Assembly: GCA_964555315.1 (NCBI GenBank)
Contig: CAZKSD010000001.1
Span: 1 to 56,735 of the forward strand
DNA length: 56,735 nt
Source: an uncultured Dechloromonas sp.
GTDB taxonomy: Bacteria > Pseudomonadota > Gammaproteobacteria > Burkholderiales > Rhodocyclaceae
Direction of reading: 5' to 3'
Position numbers and translations under genes: made by a program. Numbering within the stretch: the stretch's first letter is position 1; each line of letters starts with the position of its first letter. The notes below the pieces were generated by a model. The model was not told the DNA's origin, searched no databases, and saw only the letters and a program-made list of their open reading frames with translations. Shown here in pieces: positions 10,501 to 18,949 of this stretch.

Positions 10501-13148
10501 TCCGATCCCGCACCGCCGGTCAGCGTATCGTCGGCCGTAGTCCCGCGCAGGGTGCTGCCGCCGTCGCCGACCGTGAACGCCTTGTCGATCAGGGTGTTCA
10601 AGTCCCAGACCGTGCCGTCAGCAAAGGTGACTTGCTGGACCGGATTGTAGGGGCTGCCCGGATCGTCGTTCATGAAGAAACCGGTGATGGTGATCTTGTC
10701 CGTTGTCCCGGAGATGCTCAGTTCGAGCGCCCGATTCCCGCCCCAGTACGGGTCGGCAACCTGCGCCACGGTGACTTCCAACGGCAATACCCCGGACTTG
10801 AAATGCACAGTTTTGAGGCGGCCGACGGTGTTGTCGTATAAATAGTTGCCAATCCGATCCTGGCCGTCGCCTTTGCCGAACAAGTAGGTATCGTTCCCGC
10901 TACTACCTTGCAGAATGTCGTTTCCTGCGCCGCCGTCCAGCGTGTCATCACCCAAACCGCCATCCAGTTGGTCGTTCCCCGTCCCGCCAAGGAGAACATC
11001 ACTTCCGTCGCCGCCATAGAGCGCATCGTTGCCGTCGCCGCCGGCCAGTACATCGTCACCGCTGCCCGCGTTCAGGGTATCCGCAACGTCCAGACCGACC
11101 AGCACGTCGTTGCCGTTGCCCGAGCTCAACGCGTCGTTCGCGGCGGTGCCAACCCTGATATCCGGCACCCCGTGGGTATCGGTCGCAAAGGCGACGGCCA
11201 GGCTGCTCCTCAGGCTGTCCAACTGGCCGTTCGCGGCAATGTCGGTCGCCATGCTCACCAGTTGTCCGGCGGCATCCCAGCCTGCGGACGTCAAGCCGGC
11301 ACCGTATTGCTTCAGGTCCAGGCAATCCGTGAAAGCGCGTACCGGATCGGTCTGACGGAGGTTGTTCAGTTGGATCGTCATGGCCGAGAAGTCGAGCTGA
11401 ATGCCGTTCTCGTCGATCACCAGGCTGACCGCGTCCAGATAACCTTTGAGTCGCGTCGACATGACCAGTCCGTCATAGGCGGATTGTTTCAAGGCGTCGT
11501 AGCTATCCTGCAGCAATTGAACGTGGGTGGCGGTCAGGGTCGGCAGCGCAAAGCTGAATGTGGTGTTTGCGCCGCCAGGTGTCGGGACAAGGCTCTTGAT
11601 CTGCGTCTGGACGAGCGTACCGTTACCCATGTGGATGCTGCCGTCCGTTGGGAAATTCAGGAAAGTTTGCCCGTTGAAGCGCTCCAGGATGTCCATCATC
11701 TGGCTGAACTGGTCGACCTGGGCCTTGACGACGTCGTAGCGTGCTGCACTGACTTGCAGGGTGGACAGGATCAGGGCCTTGTCGTAGCCCGGCGTGCTGG
11801 CCAGTTGGACGGCTTCGAGTTCGGCATCGGTAACGCCGGGGAGCTTGTACAGGAGCTTGATGCCCTTGTCCGCGGCCCGTTGTTGCGAGGTCTTGAGGGC
11901 GCTGGTGGCGGACCAGTCTTTCAGGAGCTGGTCGAGCTGGCCCAACATCTCGGTTCGCGAGAGCACGGCGAGGTTGTTGGCGTCGCTAACGATGGTCGCG
12001 TTGAGGCTGGCTGCTTCCTGGAGGTCGCGGACCGCCCCGGCGCCTTGCATATCGGGCAAGGCCAAGGCTGCTGCGGTCAACGGCACCTGATCGACGAATT
12101 CCCGGTAGAAAGGATTTTGTGCAAGATCGAGGTTACCGGTATTGCCAGTTGTGAATTCGCCCAGGTTACCGGTGGTGCCGTTGGTCTTGGTATAAGTCCC
12201 GGCGGCGCTTTGGACGTTGCCACCGGTCAGCGGAATATTGGTGGCGGTGCTGGTCAGGCTGATGCTGGCGATGCCGGCATCGGCCAGGCTTTGCATTTCG
12301 CCGGTGTCGCTGATGCCGTCCTGGTCGAGGTCGCGCCAGAGGCGGACGTTGGCGAATTGGGCGTCGAGGCTGCTGAATTGGCCATCGTGGTTGCTGTCGA
12401 GGTCGGCGAGCGCGGCAAAGCCGCTGGTGGCCTTCTGTCCATTGGAAAGCACGGTGTCGACACCGAAGAGTTCGTTGCCGTTGTCGATGGCGCCGTTTCC
12501 GTTCTTGTCGAGGGCAAGGAAGGCATCGTCGCCCTTAAGCCAGCCGGTCCCGGTACGGATGCCGTCACCGTCATGGTCGAAGAGCACCTGTGCGGAAGTG
12601 GTTATGCCTACTGTCTCTAAGCCATCGCCATCAAGATCAAGCGCCAAAGGATCGATACGTTGAGTAAAAGCTCGAGACCGCAGATAATAATCACCTGTCA
12701 AAACATTAATTAAGGAATTAACTCCGTATGCAAATGCTGCACCAAAAGTCATCCCTTTTGTGAAATTAACTATTTTCGTCCTCATTACGGCCGAAACCCC
12801 AAGTTGCTCTAATACTTTCCCAAGCGCACTTTCTTTGCCACCCAAAGAGCTTGTTTTACGAATAGAGTCAAATACAAGCCCTAGACCCTCTATTGGAATT
12901 TTAGTGGACCACCCCCACAGGGTTCCTGCGACCCAAGCCGCTGAAACTGCGATGGATTGTGAAATAGCTTGTGCCGCCTCAATATTGTCACCTCTATCTA
13001 TCGCATCTATCGCTCGCGATATGTGATCACCAACAATCTGTTCCACTGCAGATTTAATTTGAGACGATGGAGTTGGAATTGATGACGGCAATTCACCAAC
13101 AACGGTGCGCGATTCTTGATATGTATTTTCCAAGTTGATATCGGTCAT
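4599..13148 (-). CDS. Large RTX Ca2+-binding T1SS substrate (2849 aa) with FrpC-like self-processing module, GGxGxD repeats and two cadherin-like (CADG/He_PIG) domains
   Basis: ATG 13148 overlaps the upstream TGA (ATGA). Contains RID|[13 protein letters not shown], many GGxGxDxLx nonapeptides and two (NH/NR)AP..F.YTV..TDPD Ig/cadherin modules (~6780-7375). No Sec signal; adjacent to hlyD. Confidence 0.93.
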   Translation of the reverse strand: MTDINLENTYQESRTVVGELPSSIPTPSSQIKSAVEQIVGDHISRAIDAIDRGDNIEAAQAISQSIAVSAAWVAGTLWGWSTKIPIEGLGLVFDSIRKTSSLGGKESALGKVLEQLGVSAVMRTKIVNFTKGMTFGAAFAYGVNSLINVLTGDYYLRSRAFTQRIDPLALDLDGDGLETVGITTSAQVLFDHDGDGIRTGTGWLKGDDAFLALDKNGNGAIDNGNELFGVDTVLSNGQKATSGFAALADLDSNHDGQFSSLDAQFANVRLWRDLDQDGISDTGEMQSLADAGIASISLTSTATNIPLTGGNVQSAAGTYTKTNGTTGNLGEFTTGNTGNLDLAQNPFYREFVDQVPLTAAALALPDMQGAGAVRDLQEAASLNATIVSDANNLAVLSRTEMLGQLDQLLKDWSATSALKTSQQRAADKGIKLLYKLPGVTDAELEAVQLASTPGYDKALILSTLQVSAARYDVVKAQVDQFSQMMDILERFNGQTFLNFPTDGSIHMGNGTLVQTQIKSLVPTPGGANTTFSFALPTLTATHVQLLQDSYDALKQSAYDGLVMSTRLKGYLDAVSLVIDENGIQLDFSAMTIQLNNLRQTDPVRAFTDCLDLKQYGAGLTSAGWDAAGQLVSMATDIAANGQLDSLRSSLAVAFATDTHGVPDIRVGTAANDALSSGNGNDVLVGLDVADTLNAGSGDDVLAGGDGNDALYGGDGSDVLLGGTGNDQLDGGLGDDTLDGGAGNDILQGSSGNDTYLFGKGDGQDRIGNYLYDNTVGRLKTVHFKSGVLPLEVTVAQVADPYWGGNRALELSISGTTDKITITGFFMNDDPGSPYNPVQQVTFADGTVWDLNTLIDKAFTVGDGGSTLRGTTADDTLTGGAGSDMLSGAGGNDLLDAGVGNDALYGEDGNDTLLGGAGLDYLSGGNGNDTLDGGDGNDTLWGDDGNDTLLGGAGNDQLSGGAGSDSLDGGRGNDILYGNTGNNVYLFGKGDGQDQISVGDATVGRLNTLRFKAGVLPSEILFRQAADGNWGGYHGLELSIAGTTDKITINGFFVNDDPAASYNPVQQVEFADGTIWDIATLKAMLYAGTSGDDTLRGTIGADTLTGGLGNDVLGGASGNDTLDGGDGVDTLNGDDGSDTLLGGAGDDTLNGGIGDDTLDGGGGNDSLSGGAGNNLYLFGKGDGQDRLVSSDGTAGKLNVLQFKAGVATSEIVARRVDDGYWGSGALELSIAGTTDKITVSSFFLWDELGGDYSPLQEVRFADGTIWNIDAIKARLFSGTSGDDDLRGTGGNDSIAGGLGNDSINGAAGNDTIDGGVGNDTLYGESGADTLVGGDGNDTLDGGTDGDSMSGGAGDDIYLVDNVGDVVIESPSEGYDVIKSRVSITLPTNVEKLQLEGYDNINATGNDDANVIYGNEATNHIVGLAGDDELRGGGSADLIEGGSGNDLLDGGSDADTLAGGLGDDTYLVDQSNDVVQENFNEGIDTVRASASYVLSANVEHLVLEDQGWDIDGTGNDLANMLTGNDYNNRLDGGAGIDVLEGKGGNDTYVLDTLADQIIETSGGGFDTVEIGLTYTLGDNLEGLLLTGTANIDGTGNDSDNTLVGNDVANRLSGGLGDDSLSGEGGNDILDGGAGDDWTAGGLGNDTYYTDSEGDRIREFYDEGIDTEIRSFETLHGLENDVENLTLTGTIYRGNGNDLDNVITGNDADNNLWGMEGNDTLIGGGGADALFGDVGQDVLIGGAGDDYYEIDDAGDVIVENANEGYEMVRSTVSWTLGANLERLAVDGYDDLTATGNNLDNGLWGNLGNNTLTGGLGDDYLSGDLGDDTYVFNRGDGQDTVDATDVLGAADTLLFGAGITDNDVLAFKYGTHMFLKIKGTSDQIGFYDYYGGTTTIDGEAADHKIDYIEFANGVVWDQAMIQTVVDRANNNHAPTVNSYLPTLQARANSTFSYTVAATTITDPDSWDSITYSFVMRDGSPLPAWLTFDANTRTLYGTPGAGDVGTLQLTLWGTDNYNYAAGEYVTMTVGAPNRAPVLSTALGDQAAAQGAAFTYTVPSNAFTDPDSGDTLSYSATLADGSALPSWLTFNAATRAFSGTPTTLGTVSVKVTAKDTGNLIASDIFDLVVSVQNLTLTGTSGVDTLNGGAGNDTLSGLAGNDTLNGGAGNDTLNGGTGNDTMVGGTGDDTYVVDSTSDVVTELANEGTDLVQSSVTHTLAANVENLTLTGTTAINGTGNALNNVLTGNGAVNTLTGGAGNDTLNGGAGNDTMVGGAGDDTYFVDSTSDVVTEAANEGVDTVNSSVTLTLGNNVENLVLTGTSTINGTGNTLNNTLTGNSVANTLSGGTGADTMIGGAGNDTYVVDNTADVVTENLNEGTDLVQSSVTYTLAANVENLTLTGTTAINGTGNALDNVLTGNTAANTLTGGAGNDTLSGGTGADTMIGGAGNDTYVVDNTADVVTELAGEGTNLVQSSVTYTLAANAENLTLTGTTAINATGNALDNVLTGNSANNTLTGGDGNDTLDGGTGNDTMVGGLGDDVYVVNVSTDVVTEAASAGNDTIQSSVTLTLTTNVENLLLTGTGAINGTGNTLNNLVRGNTAVNTLNGGTGNDILEGGDGNDILTDTSGTALFNGGAGTDTITGGTAAEILLGGLGNDTYTTGAGNDIVLFNKGDGQDTFATGGTGSDTISLGGAGLTYADLVFTKSTNDLVLKVGATDQITFKDWYAATPSKPVAKLQVMAEAMAGFVQGGSNPLLDQKVENFNFAGLVGAFDAARAANSGLTSWALTNGLTSFQLAGSDTAALGGDLAYQYGRNGTLAGIGVTPALATLSDANLGTNPQTLNSLVSLQTGSVRLS
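5380..6730 (-). repeat. About five intragenic tandem units of ~240-270 bp in the RTX C-terminal part
   Basis: Recurrent DTYVVD..DVVTE...[33 protein letters not shown]. An identical 30-mer occurs at 5731 and 6001. Boundaries approximate. Confidence 0.85.
9340..10890 (-). repeat. Three intragenic copies of the [10 protein letters not shown]...LELSI.GTTDKIT...FADGT.W module
   Basis: Seen three times in the translation, separated by GG-repeat blocks. Boundaries approximate. Confidence 0.8.
12100..12653 (-). other. FrpC/ApxIVA-type self-processing module; predicted cleavage Asp166|Pro167 (codons 12653-12648)
   Basis: [80 protein letters not shown] matches the FrpC SPM pattern. C-terminal limit approximate. 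Confidence 0.88.
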
Positions 13149-13789
13149 TTTTTGCCCCAAAAGAAATTGATTGATTTATGGACTCCAAAAGAAATCACCA
13201 CTCCTAACAACATTCCAGCAAACCATAAACCAATTGATGTAACTGGTGATCTTAATAACGGAATTACAACCTCGTTGGTAGTTGCCAGCCCATTCGAATA
13301 TATTTCAAACATGCTGGCCAAGTACCAAATAAATATCAATATTAGGCCGAGATACTCCACTAATGAGTTGTCAGTAAAAATAACGCTGACTCTTAATTTA
13401 ACCGGTTTTGGCAAAAATAAAAAAAACATCATTCCGACAAATGGCAGCGCACCAAAATAGCTTATAGCCGACGCGCCATAACCAAGCTTCACGCCAAATA
13501 ATGAAGATGCCATTACGCAAATTAATACAGATGGTACGTAGACCATGGCAGGAAAAAAAATACTAACGATCGCACAAACAAAAATAATCACAGAAACCAT
13601 ATAGAAAATCCCGCAAATCAATATTATTAACTCGGCAATCAAATTTTGATCTTTAAAAACCAGGGCACGGAAAAATTCCTCAAAGCACCAAAGGGGTCAG
13701 AGACATTTCCCGCCCCCTCCCGGATATTCCCCATCCCGGTCTCTTTCAAAGATCAAAATGCTTGCAACAAGAAACAGGATTGCTTTCAT
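13145..13789 (-). pseudogene. AT-rich multi-TM membrane protein (~176 aa when repaired), interrupted by an insertion; putative partner/immunity gene of the RTX N-terminus
   Basis: RBS GGGAG and ATG 13789 (MKAILFLVASILI) are in frame with the 13642-13145 ORF. Deleting 114 bp between two TTTGAT copies restores MKAILFLVASILIAELIILICG. The stop overlaps the RTX ATG. Confidence 0.7.
13644..13751. mobile_element. 108-bp non-autonomous insert carrying a copy of the transposase-flanking motif
   Basis: Flanked by a 6-bp direct repeat (atcaaa at 13638-13643 and 13752-13757). Contains caccaaaggggtcagagacatttcccg (13686-13712), 26/27 identical to 13827-13853. Confidence 0.65.
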
Positions 13790-13827
13790 GCGGCGATCTC
13801 CCAGATGAACTGATTTGCCGCCACATC

Positions 13828-14676
13828 ACCAAAGGGTTCAGAGACATTTCCCGTTTTGTCCTCTCGTTTTTTCCATTCCAACCCCATTCAAAATCCAAAA
13901 TCCCTTTGTCCCGTAGTCGCCCGCATCGGCGTGTCGGCCATTTCGTCCGGCCTGACTGGCCTTCCCCGCCGACCGGAATTGTGGCGTATGCCTAACCGGG
14001 TGCAGATCGCCTCCGCAAAACATTCGCTGCCCAGTGGCATGCCCAGTTGCAGGGCCTTATGGATGTCATCGACCGCCTCGGCATCGAGTTCGGTTCGGAA
14101 CAGCGCCCGGTAGGCTGCCCGTCTTTCTTCGTCATCGGGGCCGAGTTGGCGGTAGAGGAGATGCGGGGTGAGGCGTTCGTCCGCCTGTCCCAGCCCGTTG
14201 GCGCGGTAGCTCGACCAGCGGTATTGCGCCGGGTCGGCCACCATCCCCGCCCGCACCGGGTTGAGCTCGATGTAGCGCTGGCACGCCAGCAGATAGCGCT
14301 CAGCTTGCACCACGCTGGATTTGTAGCGCCCTTCCCACAGGCTGCCGGTGCGCCGGTAGAAGCGGTTGGCGTACTGGACGTAGCGGCGCCCGAGCGATTG
14401 CATGAGACGCGACGGGGCGCCCGTTTCCGTCGGTGTCAGCAGCAAATGGACGTGATTGGTCATCAAGGCGTAAGCGTGGATGGCGCAGCCACAAGCGCGA
14501 GCCGCCTCTTCCAGCCAATGGAGATAGCAGTGGTAATCTTCATCGGCAAAAAAGCACGGCTCGCGGTTGATGCCGCGCTGGACGATGTGCAGCGGATAAT
14601 CGGCGAGTAATACGCGGGGGCGGCGGGGCATGATGGTTATTGGTTCAGAAAATCAAATGTCTCTGACCCCTTTGGT
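13828..14676 (-). mobile_element. RAYT-like element bounded by 22-bp inverted repeats
   Basis: accaaagggttcagagacattt (13828-13849) and aaatgtctctgacccctttggt (14655-14676), 21/22 match, enclose the transposase gene. Confidence 0.75.
13888..14631 (-). CDS. REP-associated tyrosine transposase-like HUH nuclease (Y1_Tnp, IS200/IS605 superfamily)
   Basis: HIVQRG, AYALMTNHVHLL (HUH), LWEGRYKS, RYIELNPVRAGMV (catalytic Tyr), YRWSSY. Confidence 0.92.
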   Translation of the reverse strand: MPRRPRVLLADYPLHIVQRGINREPCFFADEDYHCYLHWLEEAARACGCAIHAYALMTNHVHLLLTPTETGAPSRLMQSLGRRYVQYANRFYRRTGSLWEGRYKSSVVQAERYLLACQRYIELNPVRAGMVADPAQYRWSSYRANGLGQADERLTPHLLYRQLGPDDEERRAAYRALFRTELDAEAVDDIHKALQLGMPLGSECFAEAICTRLGIRHNSGRRGRPVRPDEMADTPMRATTGQRDFGF

Positions 14677-14706
14677 TACTGACCCCTTTGGTTATGCCTT
14701 TGGTTA
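14663..14706. repeat. Stuttered tandem copies of the element end
   Basis: ctgacccctttggtta-ctgacccctttggtta-tgcctttggtta. Confidence 0.85.
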
Positions 14707-14726
14707 TGAAACTTGCTTGCCGCCGA

Positions 14727-15905
14727 CTACTCCACGTAAGGGGCGGAGCCGGGCACCGGCGCGCCGCTGGAAAGAATGAACATCAGCACATTGCCCGGTT
14801 CCGATGTGGCATCGCTGCGCAGGCCGCCGATTTGGCCATGTACCGGGCTGGTGTATTTGGCCACCACTTCGCCAAAAGCATTGCGCTGGATGGCCACTTT
14901 TTGCCCCGGGGTGACCTTGTCGTTCAGTTTGACGAACAGTTCGATGAATCCACCCTGGGTGATCAGCACGGGGAATGCGCTCTTCCCGATGTAGACGTTG
15001 GCATCGACGGCGGTACGTCCGATCGCACCCGGAATCACGCCATAGTGCTTGAACACATTCATCGTGCCTTCAATGAAGCGCGGAATCATGTCCAGATCGA
15101 GCCGCCGCGCCACGCCGATTTCGGGCGTAAAGCAGGGAATGCCCGCATCGACGTAGGCATTGTGCAGCACACCAGGGTAGGCCGCGTTATCCCATATCTG
15201 TCCAATGGGGTAGAGCATCATCATGGTCTTGACGTCCGGGATGCTCATGTCGCCAATGTGGAAGGCCGATGCATCGAGGCCGGTGGTACCGGTATGGAAG
15301 TCGATGGCCAGGTCGGTATTGGGCTTGAGCAGCCGGTTGAACACCAGCCCGGCCTGGCGGCTGACGGCACTGAAGCCATTTTCATTACCGGGCCACTCGC
15401 GGTTCATATCGATCAACTCCAGACCGCGTCCGGAACTTGGCCAGCGGCGCTGCATGCCTTCCATTGCCGGGCGTGAAATATCCAGCACAGCCATCACCGT
15501 GCCCGACATTTCAGCCACGTTCAACTGGTTCATGACAGTTTGCACCGTGTGCACCGAACTCATCTCATCGCCATGTACACCGCTGGTCAGGGTAAAGCGC
15601 TTACCCGGCTTGGCCCCCTTGGCCACGATCACCGACACATACCAGTACTGGCCGGTGGACATCTGCACCCCCTGGAAATACAGCAGGTGTTTTTTGCCGG
15701 GCTCCAGGTCACTGGTGTTCAGAAAACTCACCACTTTTTTGCCATTGATCACATCGCCGGTGTACACGGTGCCGACCCTGCTCGGGGCCGCGCTAGCATT
15801 GCTTTGGGCTTGCGCCAGGCCAATGCCCGTCAGTGCAATGGCGGCAAACCACAGCGATTGCATGAAAATGCGGCAGCCACGGCCACCCAAGGGGGCTTTC
15901 AACAT
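14727..15905 (-). CDS. Exported succinylglutamate desuccinylase/aspartoacylase (M14) family metallohydrolase
   Basis: GVHGDE, DMNR and DFHTG zinc motifs, C-terminal lipoyl-like beta domain, signal-like WFAAIALTGIGLAQA. GAGGAG RBS before ATG 15905. Confidence 0.85.
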   Translation of the reverse strand: MLKAPLGGRGCRIFMQSLWFAAIALTGIGLAQAQSNASAAPSRVGTVYTGDVINGKKVVSFLNTSDLEPGKKHLLYFQGVQMSTGQYWYVSVIVAKGAKPGKRFTLTSGVHGDEMSSVHTVQTVMNQLNVAEMSGTVMAVLDISRPAMEGMQRRWPSSGRGLELIDMNREWPGNENGFSAVSRQAGLVFNRLLKPNTDLAIDFHTGTTGLDASAFHIGDMSIPDVKTMMMLYPIGQIWDNAAYPGVLHNAYVDAGIPCFTPEIGVARRLDLDMIPRFIEGTMNVFKHYGVIPGAIGRTAVDANVYIGKSAFPVLITQGGFIELFVKLNDKVTPGQKVAIQRNAFGEVVAKYTSPVHGQIGGLRSDATSEPGNVLMFILSSGAPVPGSAPYVE

Positions 15906-16091
15906 CATCAACTCCTCGTTCAAGGCGCGAAACCCTTAAAGTCTAACAGGTCACAATCCAGCCCTTCGATCACCGGCGGCAAGCCACGGTTCTGACATCA
16001 GCCACATTCATTTTTGCCCATTTTTCCGGGTCGACCGTAACAGGGCAGAGGAATCGGTCGCCAAGCTCCCCCGAAAACGACTGCCGACAGC

Positions 16092-16246
16092 CAACCAAAG
16101 CAACCAAAGCAACAACAAAGGGGAGCAAGGGGTCAGAGACCCATGGCACTACCTTAAGCCGCTGGAATGTGGAGGGGCACAAAAAGAAGAAGGCTGAGAG
16201 CCACGCTTGCTAAGATCGTGGTGTCTAAAGTCACGTTTGATAACAG
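16092..16246 (+). repeat. Stutter plus motif copy and ~120-bp repeat unit A
   Basis: caaccaaag-caaccaaag-caacaacaaagggg-agc-aaggggtcagagac (motif 16127-16140). The following ~105 bp resemble 17310-17417. Confidence 0.75.
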
Positions 16247-16267
16247 GAGGATCAGCCATGGTAGATG

Positions 16268-17279
16268 CTACCAAAAAAACGCCTGCGCAAAGGGGTTGAG
16301 CAATTCCGACGGCAATTTGGCCAGCGTGCTCTTGCCTGAGCCGGAGGGGCCCATCAGTACCGTCAGGTGGCCGGGTTTCAGGGTCAGGCTGAGGTTGCGG
16401 TAGAGCCAGGGATGATGTTCCGAGTAGCGAAAGGCGAGATGGCTGAGATCGATTCGTCCCTGCCCGGCATTTTCCCGACTGGGGGTCAGGGTATGCGGTT
16501 CCTGCGGCATGTCGAGAATGTCGCCGAGGCGTTTGACGGCGATGTTGGCCTGCTGGAATTCCTGCCACAGGCCGACGAGTCTCAGGAGCGGCTGGCTCAT
16601 GCGGCTGGCGAACATCTGGAAGGCGACCAGCATGCCGACGGTGAAGCCATCGTTCTGCATGACCAGCAGTGCGCCGACGATCAGGATGGACAGGGTCATC
16701 ACCTGTTCCAGCCCGTTGGCGATGACGTTGTAGGTGTTGCCGACCTGCTTGGTGGAGAAACCGGCGGCGAGGTACTGGGCGAGGAAGTCGCCGTACTTGC
16801 GGTCGATGTCGGGTTCCATCTGTAGGGATTTCACCGTCGCCATGCCCGAGACGTACTCGGTGAGGAAGGACTGGTTGCGGGCGCCGAGCATGAATTGCTG
16901 GTTGAGGCGGTCGCGGAAAACCGGGGCGACGAGGAAGCTCAGGATCGAAATCAGCCCGAGCAGGCCGACGGCGATCAGCGAGAGTTGCCAGCTGTATGGT
17001 CGGTGATGCTTCTTCGGGAGCTTCCTCGGCCTTGGGTATTGGACGAAGGAAAGCGATTGCCGGCAGGGGCAGCTTTTGCCAGTCGGGAATTGCGGTGGCG
17101 TGGGTGCCGGTTTTGAAACCCAGCGCGCGGGCGGCTTCGTGGAAGGTGTCCAGAGTGTGGGGCGGTGGGAATTCCTGTTCGACCAGCGTGGGGTCGAAGG
17201 GGATGCGGTAGAGGCTGCACAGGCTGCCGAGCAGCCACAGCACTTCCTGAGACTTCAGCCCACCCTCTGAAGTTTGCAT
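16268..17279 (-). pseudogene. hlyB: Degraded HlyB-like peptidase-domain T1SS ABC transporter
   Basis: C39-like start (WLLGSLCSLYRIPFD..LPLPAIA) is joined out of frame at ~16997 to the TM region YSWQLSLIAVGLL..TVGMLVAFQM. It ends just after Walker A GPSGSGKST, with no signature motif or Walker B. Confidence 0.88.
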
Positions 17280-17295
17280 CGCCCAACCGGTAAGT

Positions 17296-17417
17296 AAGGG
17301 GTCAAAGCGCCTTGGCACCATCTTGACCCGTTGGGGTGACGCGTCGCCCGAGTGCAGGAGAGAACGGAGAGCCTCGCTCGCCAAGATATTGGTATCTGAA
17401 GTTATGTTCGATTACAG
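17296..17417 (+). repeat. ~120-bp repeat unit B, diverged direct copy of 16127-16246
   Basis: Manual alignment gives 28/37 identity over 17296-17332 vs 16127-16163 and 40/51 over 17367-17417 vs 16196-16246. Confidence 0.75.
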
Positions 17418-17680
17418 CCCCCATGGAGGACGGGAGCATGACCCCCACCGTGCAGTATCTCACGGTCGACCAGGCAATTTCTCCCTATAATGCCGCGAGC
17501 GAAACCTGTGACCCAGAAAATCCGCCAGAAGGAGTGGACCTGCCGTGGTTGGCAATCAACAGCCACCCAAGTTCAATCATGTTTGTAACATATCAAGAGA
17601 ATCTGGCGGTCATCTAGGAAATCCCCAGAATCTTTGTGTCAGTCACACTCAACGATGTCACGAGAAGGCCACAAGAAAAA

Positions 17681-18949
17681 ATGACGGTAAACAGACGGCT
17701 CTTGATGGTGGCATATCATTTTCCGCCCGTCAGGGTGAGCAGTGGTATCCAGCGAACCTTGAAGTTTTGCACTTATCTTCGTGACCACGGTTGGGACCCT
17801 CTTATCCTGACGATCTCACCGAGGGCATATGAGGTATCAAGTCCAGATCAGCTGAAGGAAATCCCGGATGATGTAATAGTTGAGCGTGCCTTTGGTCTCG
17901 ATACATCGCGCCACTTTTCTTTCCGGGGAAAGTACTGGAATTACATGGCTCAGCCGGATCGATGGATTAGTTGGTGGCCTGCTGCAGTCTGGACCGGGAT
18001 GCGAATGATTGAGAAATATCAGCCAGATGCCATATTCTCGACTTTCCCGATTGCAACAGCGCATCTCATTGGGTTGAGCCTAAGCAAGCGTAGTCGGTTG
18101 CCATGGGTGGCAGATTTTCGAGATGCAATGATCGAAGATGGTTACCCTCAAGATCCGCTGACATGGAAAGTTCACCGTCGCCTGGAGATTGCCACGGTAA
18201 CGCAATGTGCGAGGGCGGTGTTTACGGCACAGCCAACCAGGGAAATGTATGCGGAGAGGTATCCGGAGTTTACGGCTTCGAAATGGGTGTGTATAGAAAA
18301 CGGCTATGACGAAGACAATTTCCTCGACGCAGAAGCTGGACTGGAACTCGTTCCCCTTGGCAAACCTGGTCAATTGACCCTGGTTCATAGCGGCGTCCTT
18401 TACCCGAAAGAGCGCGACCCACGCGCGTTCTTCGAAGCGCTAAGCAGGTTGAAGACTGCAGGCGTGATAACTGCGGATGAACTTCAGATTGTGCTTCGAG
18501 CCACGGGCAGTGATGATTTATACCGTCCGCAACTGGTTGCCATGAACCTGCAGGATATTGTCCGCCTGGAACCCGCTATTGCTTACCGCGACGCGCTTCG
18601 TGAGATGTTGCGTGCCGACGGGCTGCTCCTTTTCCAGGGAAGCGTGTGTGATCATCAGGTGCCAGCAAAAATCTACGAGTATTACCGTGCCGCCAGACCG
18701 ATACTCGCGCTGGTCGGTTCTGAAGGAATCTCGGCAACAATGCTTCGAGAAGCTGGAGTCGAAGATCAGGCCGACATGGCTGACGCAAGGCAGATCGCGG
18801 AAGCGATATCATTGTTTCTCAGCAAGCTTCGGACTGGAAAAGCTAGCGGAGTAGCTCGAGACTTCGCGATGCGAAATTCGAGGCGGTCACGCACGGGAGA
18901 ACTCGCCCGAGTCCTCGATGATTTGATGGCGACCCGCGAATTGCGGTAA
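17681..18949 (+). CDS. GT4-family glycosyltransferase
   Basis: LMVAYHFPP..SGIQR, PWVADFRD, IENGYD, PAKIYEY. Probable ATG at 17681. Confidence 0.88.
   Translation: MTVNRRLLMVAYHFPPVRVSSGIQRTLKFCTYLRDHGWDPLILTISPRAYEVSSPDQLKEIPDDVIVERAFGLDTSRHFSFRGKYWNYMAQPDRWISWWPAAVWTGMRMIEKYQPDAIFSTFPIATAHLIGLSLSKRSRLPWVADFRDAMIEDGYPQDPLTWKVHRRLEIATVTQCARAVFTAQPTREMYAERYPEFTASKWVCIENGYDEDNFLDAEAGLELVPLGKPGQLTLVHSGVLYPKERDPRAFFEALSRLKTAGVITADELQIVLRATGSDDLYRPQLVAMNLQDIVRLEPAIAYRDALREMLRADGLLLFQGSVCDHQVPAKIYEYYRAARPILALVGSEGISATMLREAGVEDQADMADARQIAEAISLFLSKLRTGKASGVARDFAMRNSRRSRTGELARVLDDLMATRELR

Noticed and set aside
4923-12620. Long plus-strand ORFs (e.g. 4923-6911, 10908-12620)
   Set aside because: Antisense shadows of the GC-rich repetitive RTX gene, with no recognisable motifs.
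13686-13853. Two 27-bp direct repeats with a 114-bp spacer as a mini CRISPR array
   Set aside because: Only two units, the spacer is too long, no cas genes are present, and the repeat matches the transposase-flanking IR.
14700-15950. M14 gene as an integron cassette (GTTAGAC upstream on the minus strand)
   Set aside because: No complementary R'' site or attC hairpin after the stop, and no integrase in the window.
17311-17328. Sigma54-like TGGCAC box
   Set aside because: No GC at the -12 position, and it lies within the repeat unit.
16149-17384. 411-aa ORF as an intact protein
   Set aside because: A chimera of the hlyB N-terminus and out-of-frame read-through after the deletion.
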